Shown piece by piece: positions 1 to 11,056 of a DNA stretch of 64,000 bases. The stretch covers positions 1 through 64,000 of the forward strand of contig JAQGDQ010000241.1 of the NCBI GenBank assembly GCA_030141605.1. The letters are read 5' to 3'. The translations under genes and the position numbers were made by a program. The DNA comes from Tubiluchus corallicola (taxonomy: Eukaryota; Animalia; Priapulida). The notes below the pieces were generated by a model. It saw nothing but the letters and a program-made list of their open reading frames with translations. It had not been told where the DNA came from and ran no database searches. Numbering within the stretch: the first letter of the stretch is position 1; each line of letters opens with the position of its first letter.

Positions 1-57
1 AGGCAATACAAAGACCTAGTACGACCGCTAGGATCTTAAGAAACTTCCTGTCTACTT

Positions 58-90
58 GTTTGTCTGTTTGTCTATCTATCTGTCTGTCTA

Positions 91-138
<48 letters not shown>

Positions 139-207
139 CCTACCTACCTACCTACCTACCTACCTACCTACCTACCTACCTACCTACCTACCTACCTACC
201 TACCTAT

Positions 208-260
<53 letters not shown>

Positions 261-300
261 TGTCTGTCTGTCTGTCTGTCTGACTGTCTGTCTGTCTGTC
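58..300. repeat. Compound tetranucleotide microsatellite (TCTG/TCTA/CCTA/CCTG/TCTG blocks)
   Basis: Directly visible tandem 4-mers; they explain the spurious ORFs 56-283, 60-398 and 204-596. Confidence 0.97.
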
Positions 301-1450
301 ATTTTCTTTCTATTCCAAACTGGTTGCATCCAAATTTTATTCTTATGTGGAACACTGCAAGCGAGGACAATGATACTAGTTCCGCCATTAGAGGATAAGA
401 AAGTGGCACTACCATGAGAAGGGCTGATTGTGCACTCATTATTGTGCGAAAAGTTTAAGAGAGTAATAGACCTTGAACGTTTCCTCTGCGCTACTTTTTG
501 TTTGCTGTGCTTGATAGTGCACGATAGCAGTGTCTTAGTGGAAAAGTGCTGCTTGGAACCCCAAAAAATTTCATATATTCTCCCAAACGTAAACATTTCT
601 CTAACAAATACAGAATATATAAATATGCCTACAAGATGAACATTATATGTAAAATATGATGTGAACTCGCATGCATGTTTTATGTTTCTGCATCGGTACG
701 CAAATTTTTCCTTAATTATTAAATTATATTTTCCTTCAAATAATTTGCATCTTCAAGAATTCGGGTGCATCACGCACTACGGATGGTACCAGCAAGTACA
801 CTTTGTGATTTTTTTAGAAAGATTTAAGACCGGCAACTTTGTATAGCAGGTCAAGGATGTACATTAGGCGGCGGACCAAACGCCCCAGACTCCCAGAACG
901 TTAGTTTTCTTAGGAAAACAGCGCAGTTAAGAAATTAAAACAATTCTATAGCAAGCCAACAAAGTTATTAAAATAATGCAGTAAATGACTATCCTAGCTG
1001 CTAATAATTATTAGATTTTAAAGTATACTTTGTAAGTTTGCATTATTTACTCGAGCATGAACTGGCTAATTAATACGCAAATTTAAACCCAAATTCAAAT
1101 ATACCGAACTAAATGCTCAAATTTTTAAATTGTTTGACTACAAGAAAATTAAGTCGTCTTGCCATTATGAAGTTTGCTGAGCATTGTAATAAAGATTTGG
1201 ATTATGTCTGTGAAACTTTATTCAGGTCATTCTTAAATCCCGTCTGCATGTATTGTTCCAACAAGTCAAGGTTTTCTACAGTGATCGTTTTGCTCTATTG
1301 AATTATCAAAAGGAATTACCGTTTCTACAATAACACTGTTAGCCTTGACAGTGCTTTTATGAAGCTCAACTTCGTTTGGCTTTAAAATTAATAGATATAA
1401 TTTTTTTCTTGAAAAAATACTTAACAAATCCGAACGAAGAGTTATCCAAA

Positions 1451-1535
1451 ACCACCAAACCACTACCACTACCACCACCACCACCACCACCACCACCACC
1501 ACCACCACCACCACCACCACCATCATCATCATTAT
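1451..1535. repeat. (CCA)n trinucleotide microsatellite grading into (CAT)n
   Basis: Visible tandem repeat; gives the poly-P and poly-V shadow ORFs. Confidence 0.95.
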
Positions 1536-2760
1536 TATATCATCAGTGGCCAGTATGAAAGCGGACCATGGTACTAAAAGGCCCATAGTGAAAAAGGCAA
1601 AGTAAAACAAAGTGTCAGCGTCTGGCTTTTTCAATATGATTTCTGGTTCAATCCCAACCTTGTACAACTTTGCACAAAACAGACATTCGGTAAATTTATT
1701 CTTACATAACAATGATTTTTTCCGAGTTTAAGGTATTTTTTGGGAGTTTGCGTCCGCACGGAAAAAGCCAAAAACTGCACTTAAAGCGTTCTACAGGCTG
1801 CCCTCTAACAATGCTAAAATGACCCTGTGATCACGTGATTTTAGGAGTGTCAAAATCAAACCTACACGTAAGTAACTGAGAAATATAGCTGAATTTCAAA
1901 TTGTGTATGTAGTTTATGTGAGAAGAAGGAAAATTCTGGTTTCTTCATTCCAATGACAGGCTACGCATTTAACTGATTGTGTCGTATTTGATCGTATAAT
2001 TACAATGTATTCACGTGACAGTAACTTAAGGAAACCAATAGCGTTTCAGTAATGTAAGGAAACCAATATTTAAGGAAACAAATACATTTTCGCTTTGTCG
2101 GAATTTGGCGACTCTTCTTAAAAAGCATAGCTATTTTATTATCAGGCCTGTTGTCTGATTTGTTAGAGCAAGCTTAATAGGTTAGAAACTATCCACGACA
2201 GAGTAACTGTTACAGTTCAGCTCATTGTATGTAGTAATTACTACACTTATTACCTACCAAACAAAAATTAATAAAGCAATCTTTGTATGGAGCACGAAAC
2301 CAAAAGTACAGGCATATAGACACGTTTCCTGTGAGCTGTGTTAATTAGACCATGCCGTTGAAAGCAGCAGAAAACTTTCACTGATGAACAAATTTAGGTC
2401 GCTAAAGATCACGGGCACCGATCTAGGTCAGTTGCTTACATCGTATCCCGATGCGTACTTTCATTTTTTCCGCGTGTACACATTCCCCAAGTGGGGAGGT
2501 TTGAAAATGTGCAGCGCATTATAAAAAATAGTGTTAATTTACAGCGTGGCTAAAGTCGTGTTCCCCATTTCGATATAATAATCTGTTTATGTAAAAATAC
2601 ATATTACCAAAATGTTTTTAGTTGCACCACTTCGCGTTTGAAAAGTGCGATTCAACATCCACCTGCACCCCCTTGGTGAAAGTGAGACGTTGGTATATTT
2701 ATTATAAAGGCGTAAAAATTATGGTGTGCCAAAAGTAGGGCAGACTGTCCAAGCAGGTCG

Positions 2761-2837
2761 TATAAAAGGTTTTATAATAATAAGTTACTGACCATTTGCT
2801 AATTCTAAGTGTGAGTGCTTCTAGAAACACTGTGAGT
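2761..2837 (+). promoter_or_regulatory. Candidate TATA box and short non-coding first exon of the Gly/His/Tyr-rich locus
   Basis: TATAAAA at 2761; two GTGAGT donor-like hexamers at 2811 and 2832; a downstream acceptor (ttttcag, 3131-3133) precedes the ATG exon. Confidence 0.45.
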
Positions 2838-3150
2838 GTTTATTGTTAATAATAATTAATTACTCAATTAATTCTAGTGTTAACAATTATCAAAATTGGT
2901 GAATTTTTTTGCTGTGGCTTAGAAATACTCTGTGTAAATAAAACGGCAGGTAGTTGACAGGCTTTTCAACCTGTTTATTCTATGTCTAATAAGATGCAGT
3001 TTATAGTTGTGTAATATTGTGTCATATCTTGCGTCTTGCGCAAATCGTTCGTAACTTTCGTTTTATTTGAAGAATAGTGAGTCGAACAGTGTGTTACAGT
3101 ACTTAATTACCAATAATTGGTATCTATTTTCAGAAGAAAACACATTCAAA

Positions 3151-3198
3151 ATGAAGCTATTATTTGTGTTCGGGTGTGTACTGGTATTGCTGGTTCAG
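3151..3198 (+). CDS. Shared signal-peptide exon (MKLLFVFGCVLVLLVQ), phase-0 donor
   Basis: Acceptor at 3131-3133, A-rich context AAA-ATG at 3151, 16 codons with n-region K plus hydrophobic h-region, then CAG|GTATGT donor at 3199. Confidence 0.85.
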
Positions 3199-4103
3199 GT
3201 ATGTCTACATCCTGAAAGTCATTTTATTAACAAATATCTCTATTGTGATTCTGACTCATGTTCTGGATCACTGGTGTTCACTTTTCTTTTCTCTTTCAAT
3301 TTTTATTCTATTTGATCATGAGCTACGGAATCTACACAGCTAACCAAGTACTCTTTAAAATTTATTCATTGAAGATAATTCTGTCATGACTTGGTGTCTG
3401 TCTTTTCTAGATTTCCTAGATCACTGTAAATTTTCACCTCATATTCACTAATTATCATTCTTCATGCAAAACAAGCTCAGGAAAAAACATTTCGTTTTAA
3501 TGTAAAAGGCAAGCTTTGTAGCTGAAAATCCAAGTGAAAAGATTAATGTGAGTAGAAAACAGGGTGACGCTCGAGATGTATGCGATGAGCTATTTTTTGT
3601 CGCACGCTTTGTTTGTGTACATGTTATATACAAAACTGCTCTATGACTTCCACAAGTTTTGCGAAAACAGTGATATACCATCTAAGATTCTAGGAACAAG
3701 TTTCATGAAAGAAAACAACTTGTATGTGATGGGATAACACACACTTTGGCGCATAACAAGAACTTCTTACCTACGCGTAATAATTGTATTGATTACCTTA
3801 TTCACCTATTTGAAATTCCGGTTCTTGAACGATTAAATAAAAAATAATTTCTGCTTTAATGAACTATGCATTATTTGAAATGTGCGAACTTTTTTCAATC
3901 GTACGCAAGCAGCCACTTTGTGCCTTTCAGCGAAATTAAAGATTTGCTATTCGTCAAGTATAATAACGAAGGTAGATAATAACGAAAATAATCATGAAAA
4001 CGACGCACGTTGAAAACATTTACAAGCAATTGAAAGCACGAAGAAGCTTAAATACATACAACGCAGGGGCTGCGAATTGAGAAAATCTTTTGTTGAAACA
4101 TAG

Positions 4104-4161
4104 GAGAAAGAGAGAGAGAGAGAGAAAGAGCGAGAGAAAGGGGAAAAAGAGTGAGAGAGAA

Positions 4162-4200
<39 letters not shown>

Positions 4201-4297
4201 AAGAGAGAGCGAGAAAGAGAGAGGGAGAGAGAGAGAGAAAGAGAGAGAAAGAGAGAGCGAGAAAGAGGGAGGAAGAGAGATAGAGGAAGAGAGAGGA

Positions 4298-4384
<87 letters not shown>
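4104..4384. repeat. (GA)n/purine-rich microsatellite in the intron of the Gly-rich locus
   Basis: Visible dinucleotide run; source of the ER/SL-repeat ORFs. Confidence 0.97.
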
Positions 4385-4387
<3 letters not shown>

Positions 4388-5117
4388 GCTACTAAGAGTT
4401 GAAGTCACTTATAATTTCTGCAGCGGCGTGCATTTTTTAATCAAATCAATGCTGTAGAGCTTCCCGTACAGCTACAGCGATTACAATTGAATTTTGGTGG
4501 TTAAGAGGATGGAATCCATATTTTAAAAATGCAACTGCTAATCGCTTGCAATAAGAGGATGTCATTTCTTCGATTTTTGTTATTTTGAAATAAAGTTGGT
4601 GAAAGAACGTTTTCAAGACGATGAGCGCCAGCATTAAGCTTTGTTCCTCCATACTTGTTGAAGGTTAGTAACTTTATAATTTTTTTACTTTCTTCTTATA
4701 TGCATGTTCTTTAATGGTGTCTTTAGTGGCTTCTTTAACGGTGTCTTGGCACTAACCGTTTGCCTTTCATTACCTAGCTACTTTTTAACCTTGATAAATA
4801 AAAAAAAAATAAATTAATTCTATAAAAACTTGAAACCTTTACTAAAATGACATTTTTTGCTTAATATTGCTTTTTGTACACAGATGGTACTGCTAATATC
4901 AAGAATAATAATGTTGTCAGACATACACGCCATCTATATTGCAAATATTGCAGAAGAAACACAACCTGAGACTTTTTTATAAAAGCGGCATAGTAATCAA
5001 TTGATACCTCACATTAGTTATTTAATTAACTGATATTATTATAGATTTCCAGTTTTAATTGATTATTGATAGGCATATAATTCATAAAATTTGATTAACA
5101 GGTTACTTCTTTTTCAG

Positions 5118-5696
5118 ATTTTTATTATTGAAGGTTCCCACGGCTACGGTGGAGGAGGTTACGGTCATGGAGGCGGATATGGAGGAGGTTATGGTCATGG
5201 AGGCGGATATGGAGGACATAGAGGAGGTGGACATGGTGGATACGGTCACAGTGGAGGCTACGGAGGCGGATATGGGGGCCATGGAATAGGACACAGAGGA
5301 GGATATGGAGGTTATGGACACGGAGGTGGACATGGACGAGGTTATGGTCACAGCGGAGGCTACGGAGGCGGATATGGGGGCCATGGAATAGGACACAGAG
5401 GAGGATATGGAGGTTATGGACACGGAGGTGGACATGGAGGTGGATATGGAGGACGTGGAATCAGTGGAAAACATCTATTCCCATATTTTCACTATCTTTA
5501 CTCGCAAAGTGGAACCTCTCTGACCGCAAGTCAAAAGAAAGCAGCCAGAGCCATATTCCAGAATTTTGTACAGCAGGACCACTCCAACCTCCGATACGGT
5601 CACGGGAGAGGACACGGGCACGGAGGTGGACACAGAGGTGGATACGGTCACGGAGGTGGATACGGTGGCGGATACGGTTATGGGGGCCATCATTAG
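5118..5696 (+). CDS. Terminal exon A: secreted Gly/His/Tyr-rich protein (isoform A, ~208 aa with leader)
   Basis: Acceptor cttctttttcag|ATT is in phase 0 with the 3151 exon, giving MKLLFVFGCVLVLLVQ|IFIIEG-SHGYGGGG. Contains GGY/GGH repeats, the conserved core at 5463-5582, and ends GGHH-TAG. Confidence 0.85.
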   Translation: MFIIEGSHGYGGGGYGHGGGYGGGYGHGGGYGGHRGGGHGGYGHSGGYGGGYGGHGIGHRGGYGGYGHGGGHGRGYGHSGGYGGGYGGHGIGHRGGYGGYGHGGGHGGGYGGRGISGKHLFPYFHYLYSQSGTSLTASQKKAARAIFQNFVQQDHSNLRYGHGRGHGHGGGHRGGYGHGGGYGGGYGYGGHH

Positions 5697-6103
5697 TATT
5701 GTTTTGAGAACGCTAGGAATCATATTATGAGGCTAAAGCGTCATAAGGCTAAGGCAGTGAAGGCACGTCAGTGAAAATGCAAGTTGAGTACCTGAAAATG
5801 CCAAGACTGAACATCTCAAAATTGTATTCCAGTATTAAGCTAGTAGTCAGTTTCAACAAACAAGATATGCCTACTTAGGCAGAAAAGCAATCTAGCCAAA
5901 GTAATCAAAACGACTTTTCACCGCTCAGAATCTGTAGACCCACGCACAGAATATTGACAGTGAACTGTAAGTAAACGAGCACATGATTTTATTGCAGCCT
6001 TTGCTTGCATAACATTTTACGTTTTACAAGTCTTCAAACCAAACACTTAAACGTTTGATAAGTTCGGTTACTAGAATTTTGTATAAGCAGTTACTACACT
6101 ACA

Positions 6104-6151
6104 GGGGCCCTAGGCTGCAGCCTATACTAGCCTATGGAATAATCCGGCTCT
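6104..6151 (+). repeat. Dispersed repeat end (GCTGCAGCCT.TACTAGCC...CTG), probable non-autonomous DNA transposon terminus
   Basis: The same motif recurs at ~12461-12501 and ~19504-19552. Confidence 0.55.
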
Positions 6152-7758
6152 GCCTTAACGTTCTTTAAAATAGAGCCGCCAAACTTACATTGTAGAAACG
6201 TATGTATTTTGGGCTTTCTGTTACTATCTTACTTTGAATGTTTAGCTTGAACTTTTTGTCAACTAAGGAATTAGGTAAGTGATAAGTTGCTTGCCATAGC
6301 TGATAATAAGATTACAGAAATTTATTAATTATGGGTCTAACTGTGATTTAAGAAAACAAAAATGACTTTGTCCTCGGAATTGCCGCTGGCCTACTTAAAA
6401 AACGCATTATATGCGGTCAGTACATGTATTGATTCGTTTTTTCTGAAATCATTAACTATTAGAGCACAAAGATAAGTGAGTTCAGTTGTAAAACGTAATG
6501 TCACAAGTACTAAGTGTTTACATGTGTTTAACTTATTCTTGCTACTTAGCTTTCTTTCCACATTATCAAATTTGCCTCAGTAACATTCGTGTGCCTAATA
6601 TAGCTAAACATGTAGTTTTCAAAATCAAAAACGTGTGTTGATGTTTTAGTAGTAAAATAATTTTCACCATTGTAACATTGTCACCAATGTAAATAAATTT
6701 TTGCAGGTTTCAGTGTAACCTGTTTTGTTGTTTTTTTTGTGTTGTTTTTTTTTTTGTTGTTTGTTTTTGTTTTTTTTGTTTGACAAAATTATTTTTGATT
6801 GAGTTGTTTCTTAATCAATTTCGATATCTTTTATTTTGAATTAGACCTAGTTAATAGCCTCGAAATGCTTGATATCACAACATGTTAATTGCTTAATATT
6901 TTTAATAATAATCTACCTCAGTCATTTTTGTACATAGAGACATTGCATATCTTAAAACCTGTCATCGATATAAGCACAGCAAATTGTGATGTTATTACTT
7001 GTACTTCGAAACTAGAATGTTTTAATAAAGGCACTTCAAAAGCACTTTTATTTTGTTTTTTATTTAATTTTAAAAGTTAATCACAATGCGGAAATTAGAC
7101 TTCGCGTCAATCACAGTGCGTGCGTACGCTTCAGCCGAAGCTGTTAACTGCGTGATTCCGCTTACCTGTCGAGGGTACGAACAATTATTGAGATGCTGCA
7201 AAAACTCGTTTGTTGTTCCGCCTTTCATGTCACTACAAACAATGTTTCACCATCCTGTCTGTATATGAATCTCATTCTCTTCCTTTGTTCACATTTCACC
7301 TTACACGAAACTTTAGTGTGCTACCTTGAATGGAGTTTTGTTACAAGTATAACTATTGCGTTTTGTTTCGTTAGACTGGAATATGTTGCACAAAAATACC
7401 TTTATTAATGTTAATGTAAATGTTTTTTATTAACGTTTATATTTCACACAATTTTTCACTTTATATGAAGGTTTTGTGTACCAGTGTTGTTGAAGCTTTG
7501 TCAGAAGCAACAAAGTATTGTGTTTATTTCGCTAGATCTGCTGTTGTTGCACAAAAACACCTTTATTAAAATTAATGCAAGGTGTTTTTCTTAACGTTTA
7601 TATTTCACTCAATCACTTGCTTTTTGCTGCTGCTTTCACAAGAAAATTGTAATTGCAATTGCGTCAAAGTAATTAATATGATAATGCTTTACTAATTCAT
7701 CACCACTGGCTTTTAATTAGTGCACTTTCACTATGCACGCTGGCTTCACATTTTACAG

Positions 7759-8127
7759 GTGCTTCTTACAAATGCTTTTCTGGGTTACGGCACAGGCGAC
7801 GGCATCGGTTACGCCCTATTAAGAGGCGTCCACACCAGCGGAGGCTATGGCGGTCACGGCGGTTACGGAGGACATGGAGGCCACGGAGGCTATGGTGGAG
7901 GTGGATACGGAGTCAGCGGAAAACACCTCTTTCCGTATTTTCATTACCTTTATAGCCAAAGCGGGACGTCGCTGACAGCCAGTCAGAAGAAGGCAGCGAG
8001 GGCCATATTCCAGAATTTTGTACAACAGGATCATCAACGAAACTATGGTCATCATGGACGTGGTCATGGCTATGGCCACAGCGGTGGATACGGAGGTGGT
8101 TATGGCGGTCACGGAGGTCACCATTAG
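7759..8127 (+). CDS. Terminal exon B: secreted Gly/His/Tyr-rich protein (isoform B, ~138 aa with leader)
   Basis: Acceptor ttttacag|GTG is in phase 0 and starts VLLTNA-F, completing a signal peptide. Core at 7915-8034 is identical in protein to exon A; ends GGHH-TAG. Confidence 0.85.
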   Translation: MLLTNAFLGYGTGDGIGYALLRGVHTSGGYGGHGGYGGHGGHGGYGGGGYGVSGKHLFPYFHYLYSQSGTSLTASQKKAARAIFQNFVQQDHQRNYGHHGRGHGYGHSGGYGGGYGGHGGHH

Positions 8128-9057
8128 AAGTCATGAAGCCTTCAGTCTGTCTGTTATCGTATGTTATCTAAAGATGGCGTTTCAAGACAGCATTGTCATT
8201 CTCTTCCTACATTAATAATTACGTTAAATTGTTTTGTTCACAAATGCCTGAACACTATCACAAGTCGCTCGTTTTTAATTTCTCACACTGTGGGGATGCG
8301 GAATTTCTTTTAATCACTGAATTGCTGTCTATTGGTATGCTTTGCGTAAGTAGACCTAAAGATACACCTATCTGTGATGCTCAGCATCTACATTGTAACT
8401 AGCTTGTCACTTAAATGTTAGAAATGAAGTGATTTCTTCGATATTATTGTGTTGTGGAATCAGCTACAACCTATAAGGTGTTGCAAAGCCAGATGTATTT
8501 GCATATAAAGTTCACGCTTACAACAATCACTGCTTTTGTGCAACACACAAACTATCACTAGCAATTTAGATTGCACAGCTTACAAAAATTTGTTTGACAA
8601 CGCGCACAATGCACGGTAGTTATATTTGATAAGGAATCTGTTAAGTCACTCGATCGAATTTTAAGTTTCTTTTTTCAGTTCTTCACTTGAACTATAAGTT
8701 GTAGTTGCTAAGGACATTTGGGTAATATTTGACTGATACCTGTTAATGCCAGGTTGGTCGATACTTTATGTCTGTGGTCATTTCTAAGTCAGCTAGACTC
8801 TTACTCCTTTATGCTTTATAATGTAATATATGCTTATTAATGTCGCGTTTCGTCAATCTCATTACTGATTGATGATGCTACACCAGGTACTATAGTTCTC
8901 ACTGAAAGACTTTAGTTAGTAATTTTTCTAATTTTTCAACACTAGTTGATAGTTAATTAATAGGCTTAAGACCATTAGAGTTAATTTGCTCTCTGTGGCC
9001 CTTATATTCCTCAATGAAATGGCAGTACACACACTAATCTAAATTAAACTTTTGTAG

Positions 9058-9447
9058 AATTTCATAGGTCGTGCTTTTGGTGATGATAACGGTCTCGGCT
9101 ACGTGTTGCTTAATCTATTTGGCGGTCACGGAGGTGGCTATGGGGGCGGGCATGGAGGGGGCTACCGGGGCGGACATGGTGGTGGCTACGGGGGTGGGCA
9201 TGGAGGTGGCTATGGTGGTGGGCAGAAGCTCAGCAGTCGGCAACTCTACCCATATTTTGCCTACCTCTACTCAAGCGATGACCTGACGCCTAGTCAAAGG
9301 AAAGCTGCTCGAGCGATCTTCCAAAATTTCGTCCAACAAGACCACTCAGATCTTGGTGGTTATGGTGGAAATAGTGGCAGTCATGGTGGAGGTCATGGAG
9401 GAAATAGTGGAGGGTATGGTGGAAGCAGTGGGCGCCAGTATGGATAG
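9058..9447 (+). CDS. Terminal exon C: secreted Gly/His/Tyr-rich protein (isoform C, ~145 aa with leader)
   Basis: Acceptor cttttgtag|AAT is in phase 0 and starts NFIGRA-FGDDNGLGYVLL. GGGY/GGGH repeats; diverged core SSRQLYPYFAYLYSSDDLTPSQRKAARAIFQNFVQQDH; AATAAA at 9530-9535. Confidence 0.82.
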   Translation, partial: NFIGRAFGDDNGLGYVLLNLFGGHGGGYGGGHGGGYRGGHGGGYGGGHGGGYGGGQKLSSRQLYPYFAYLYSSDDLTPSQRKAARAIFQNFVQQDHSDLGGYGGNSGSHGGGHGGNSGGYGGSSGRQYG

Positions 9448-11056
9448 ACTAGTTATTGCGATAATTACAGTTTTTGCTTAACATTATAAATGAGCATTAC
9501 TCACCACTGTAAATGAACGGCAACTGCTAAATAAAAGTGTATGGTAAACCTTAAATAATCAGCAAAATAGTAAACTTTATTGTGACTGCACTACTGGAAA
9601 ATACAATATTAACAAAACATAGATCTCAGTATTTAGGCGTAAAAACAAATAGTACTACCGTATATTGTATTCTTAGAGGACTTAACAATTTAATATAAAG
9701 TTCATTGTTTTGTTGGACTCAGTACTCGTCGAATATGGCAAAGAAGTATTGTATGTTGTATTGAGACTTAATTATTTTAATTACCTGCCAGCCTTTTGAA
9801 TAATAGTTTAGCAGGTTGATTACTTATGTACGTTGTGCTTTTTAGTTAAAACTCGTTATATTGTTATATTGATTAGGAAAAACAGAAATTTGTGTTTTAT
9901 ATCAAATAGTCATAGTTTGTTTATTTATGTAAATGAGTTTTTTATCGAAATAAACACATAAACCAACTTTAGACATTTAACAAAATTTCTAGACACCTAC
10001 GCATTTCGAGAAAAGTGTGAAAAATTTTTTTACTGCTGCATTTTTCACATGTTGCCTAAACGTTCTATATAACAGCTAAGATTTATATAGAAGGCAAAAA
10101 GCGACTTTAGGAAAATGTAAAATGATCATAATTTGTGTGGAATCTAACTATTCCCAGCCATTTTATTCATGGCTCAGGCATTGCAGAATGCATAAAACAA
10201 CTTGGTCAATGTACTATGTCAATATCAATGTCAAATTAACCAAGCAGTTCAAAAAGACTGCGAGTTAGCTGTTTTATTGGCGACTTATGCAATATCACAC
10301 CATTTTTAACGAGCTGCTTGGCTAGGTGGACCATGTATTTCCATAACGAGGAATTTCGTCTCTACAAATGCATTTCCGCAAAAAGTGTGGACTGTGGAGC
10401 ATCAAATTATTTGAGCAGCTCATATGGTTTTTGTAAACTTACGAAACGAGTTCTTCAGAGCAAAAAGAGTTAAACAAAAAATGAAACTCGAGAGTAATTT
10501 AGTTCTTGGGCAACGGCCAAATGAAGCAACGACTGTAATTAACGTATTTGCCACACAAATTTTCAAACACAGTGAAACATAACGTACACATAATATCTAA
10601 GAACGTTTTATCAAAATAACTGATAATTTGTTTTATTTTTGCATCAACTAAAATTTATTCAGCAATCTATAAAATGTTTTTGAAAAGCACATCCATAATC
10701 CAAAAATTACACTCTTTGCCTAGACACAGTTTTGCATTATATAAAATCGTGGGAGGAATTATTTTAGGCACTTCATCTGGTTTGTTTTGTCACTCCAACA
10801 ATGCTTAGGCATAGAACATAGAACATCGTAGGCAATTATATAGAATGCCCAGTTTCATGCATTAAATTTAACGTTCAAACAAACCGAATTGAAATAAACA
10901 CACGAACACATTTGGCAAAAACGAGTTCTCAATCGTTTTGCAAGCAAAAGTAAACAATATGGAGCCGCCTGTGGTGCGACAACTTCCAATTCGTGCATGA
11001 CAGTGATTCATTAGTTAGATTTCCTTATCATTTTCTATTTCACACCAACCAACAAG

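Noticed and set aside
1266-1712. 148-aa hydrophobic poly-Val ORF
   Set aside because: Driven by the (TGG)n microsatellite; no domain or splice support.
3992-4408. ER-repeat and SL-repeat ORFs
   Set aside because: Translations of a (GA)n microsatellite.
7465-7535. ATGAAG-starting frame as a private leader exon for cassette B
   Set aside because: Translates MKVLCTSVVEALSEATK..., which has no hydrophobic h-region, so it does not replace the 3151 leader.
5103-8215. Antisense Ser/Thr-rich ORFs and +1 frame ORFs over exons A and B
   Set aside because: Codon shadows; the synonymous substitution pattern identifies the Gly-rich + frame as the selected one.
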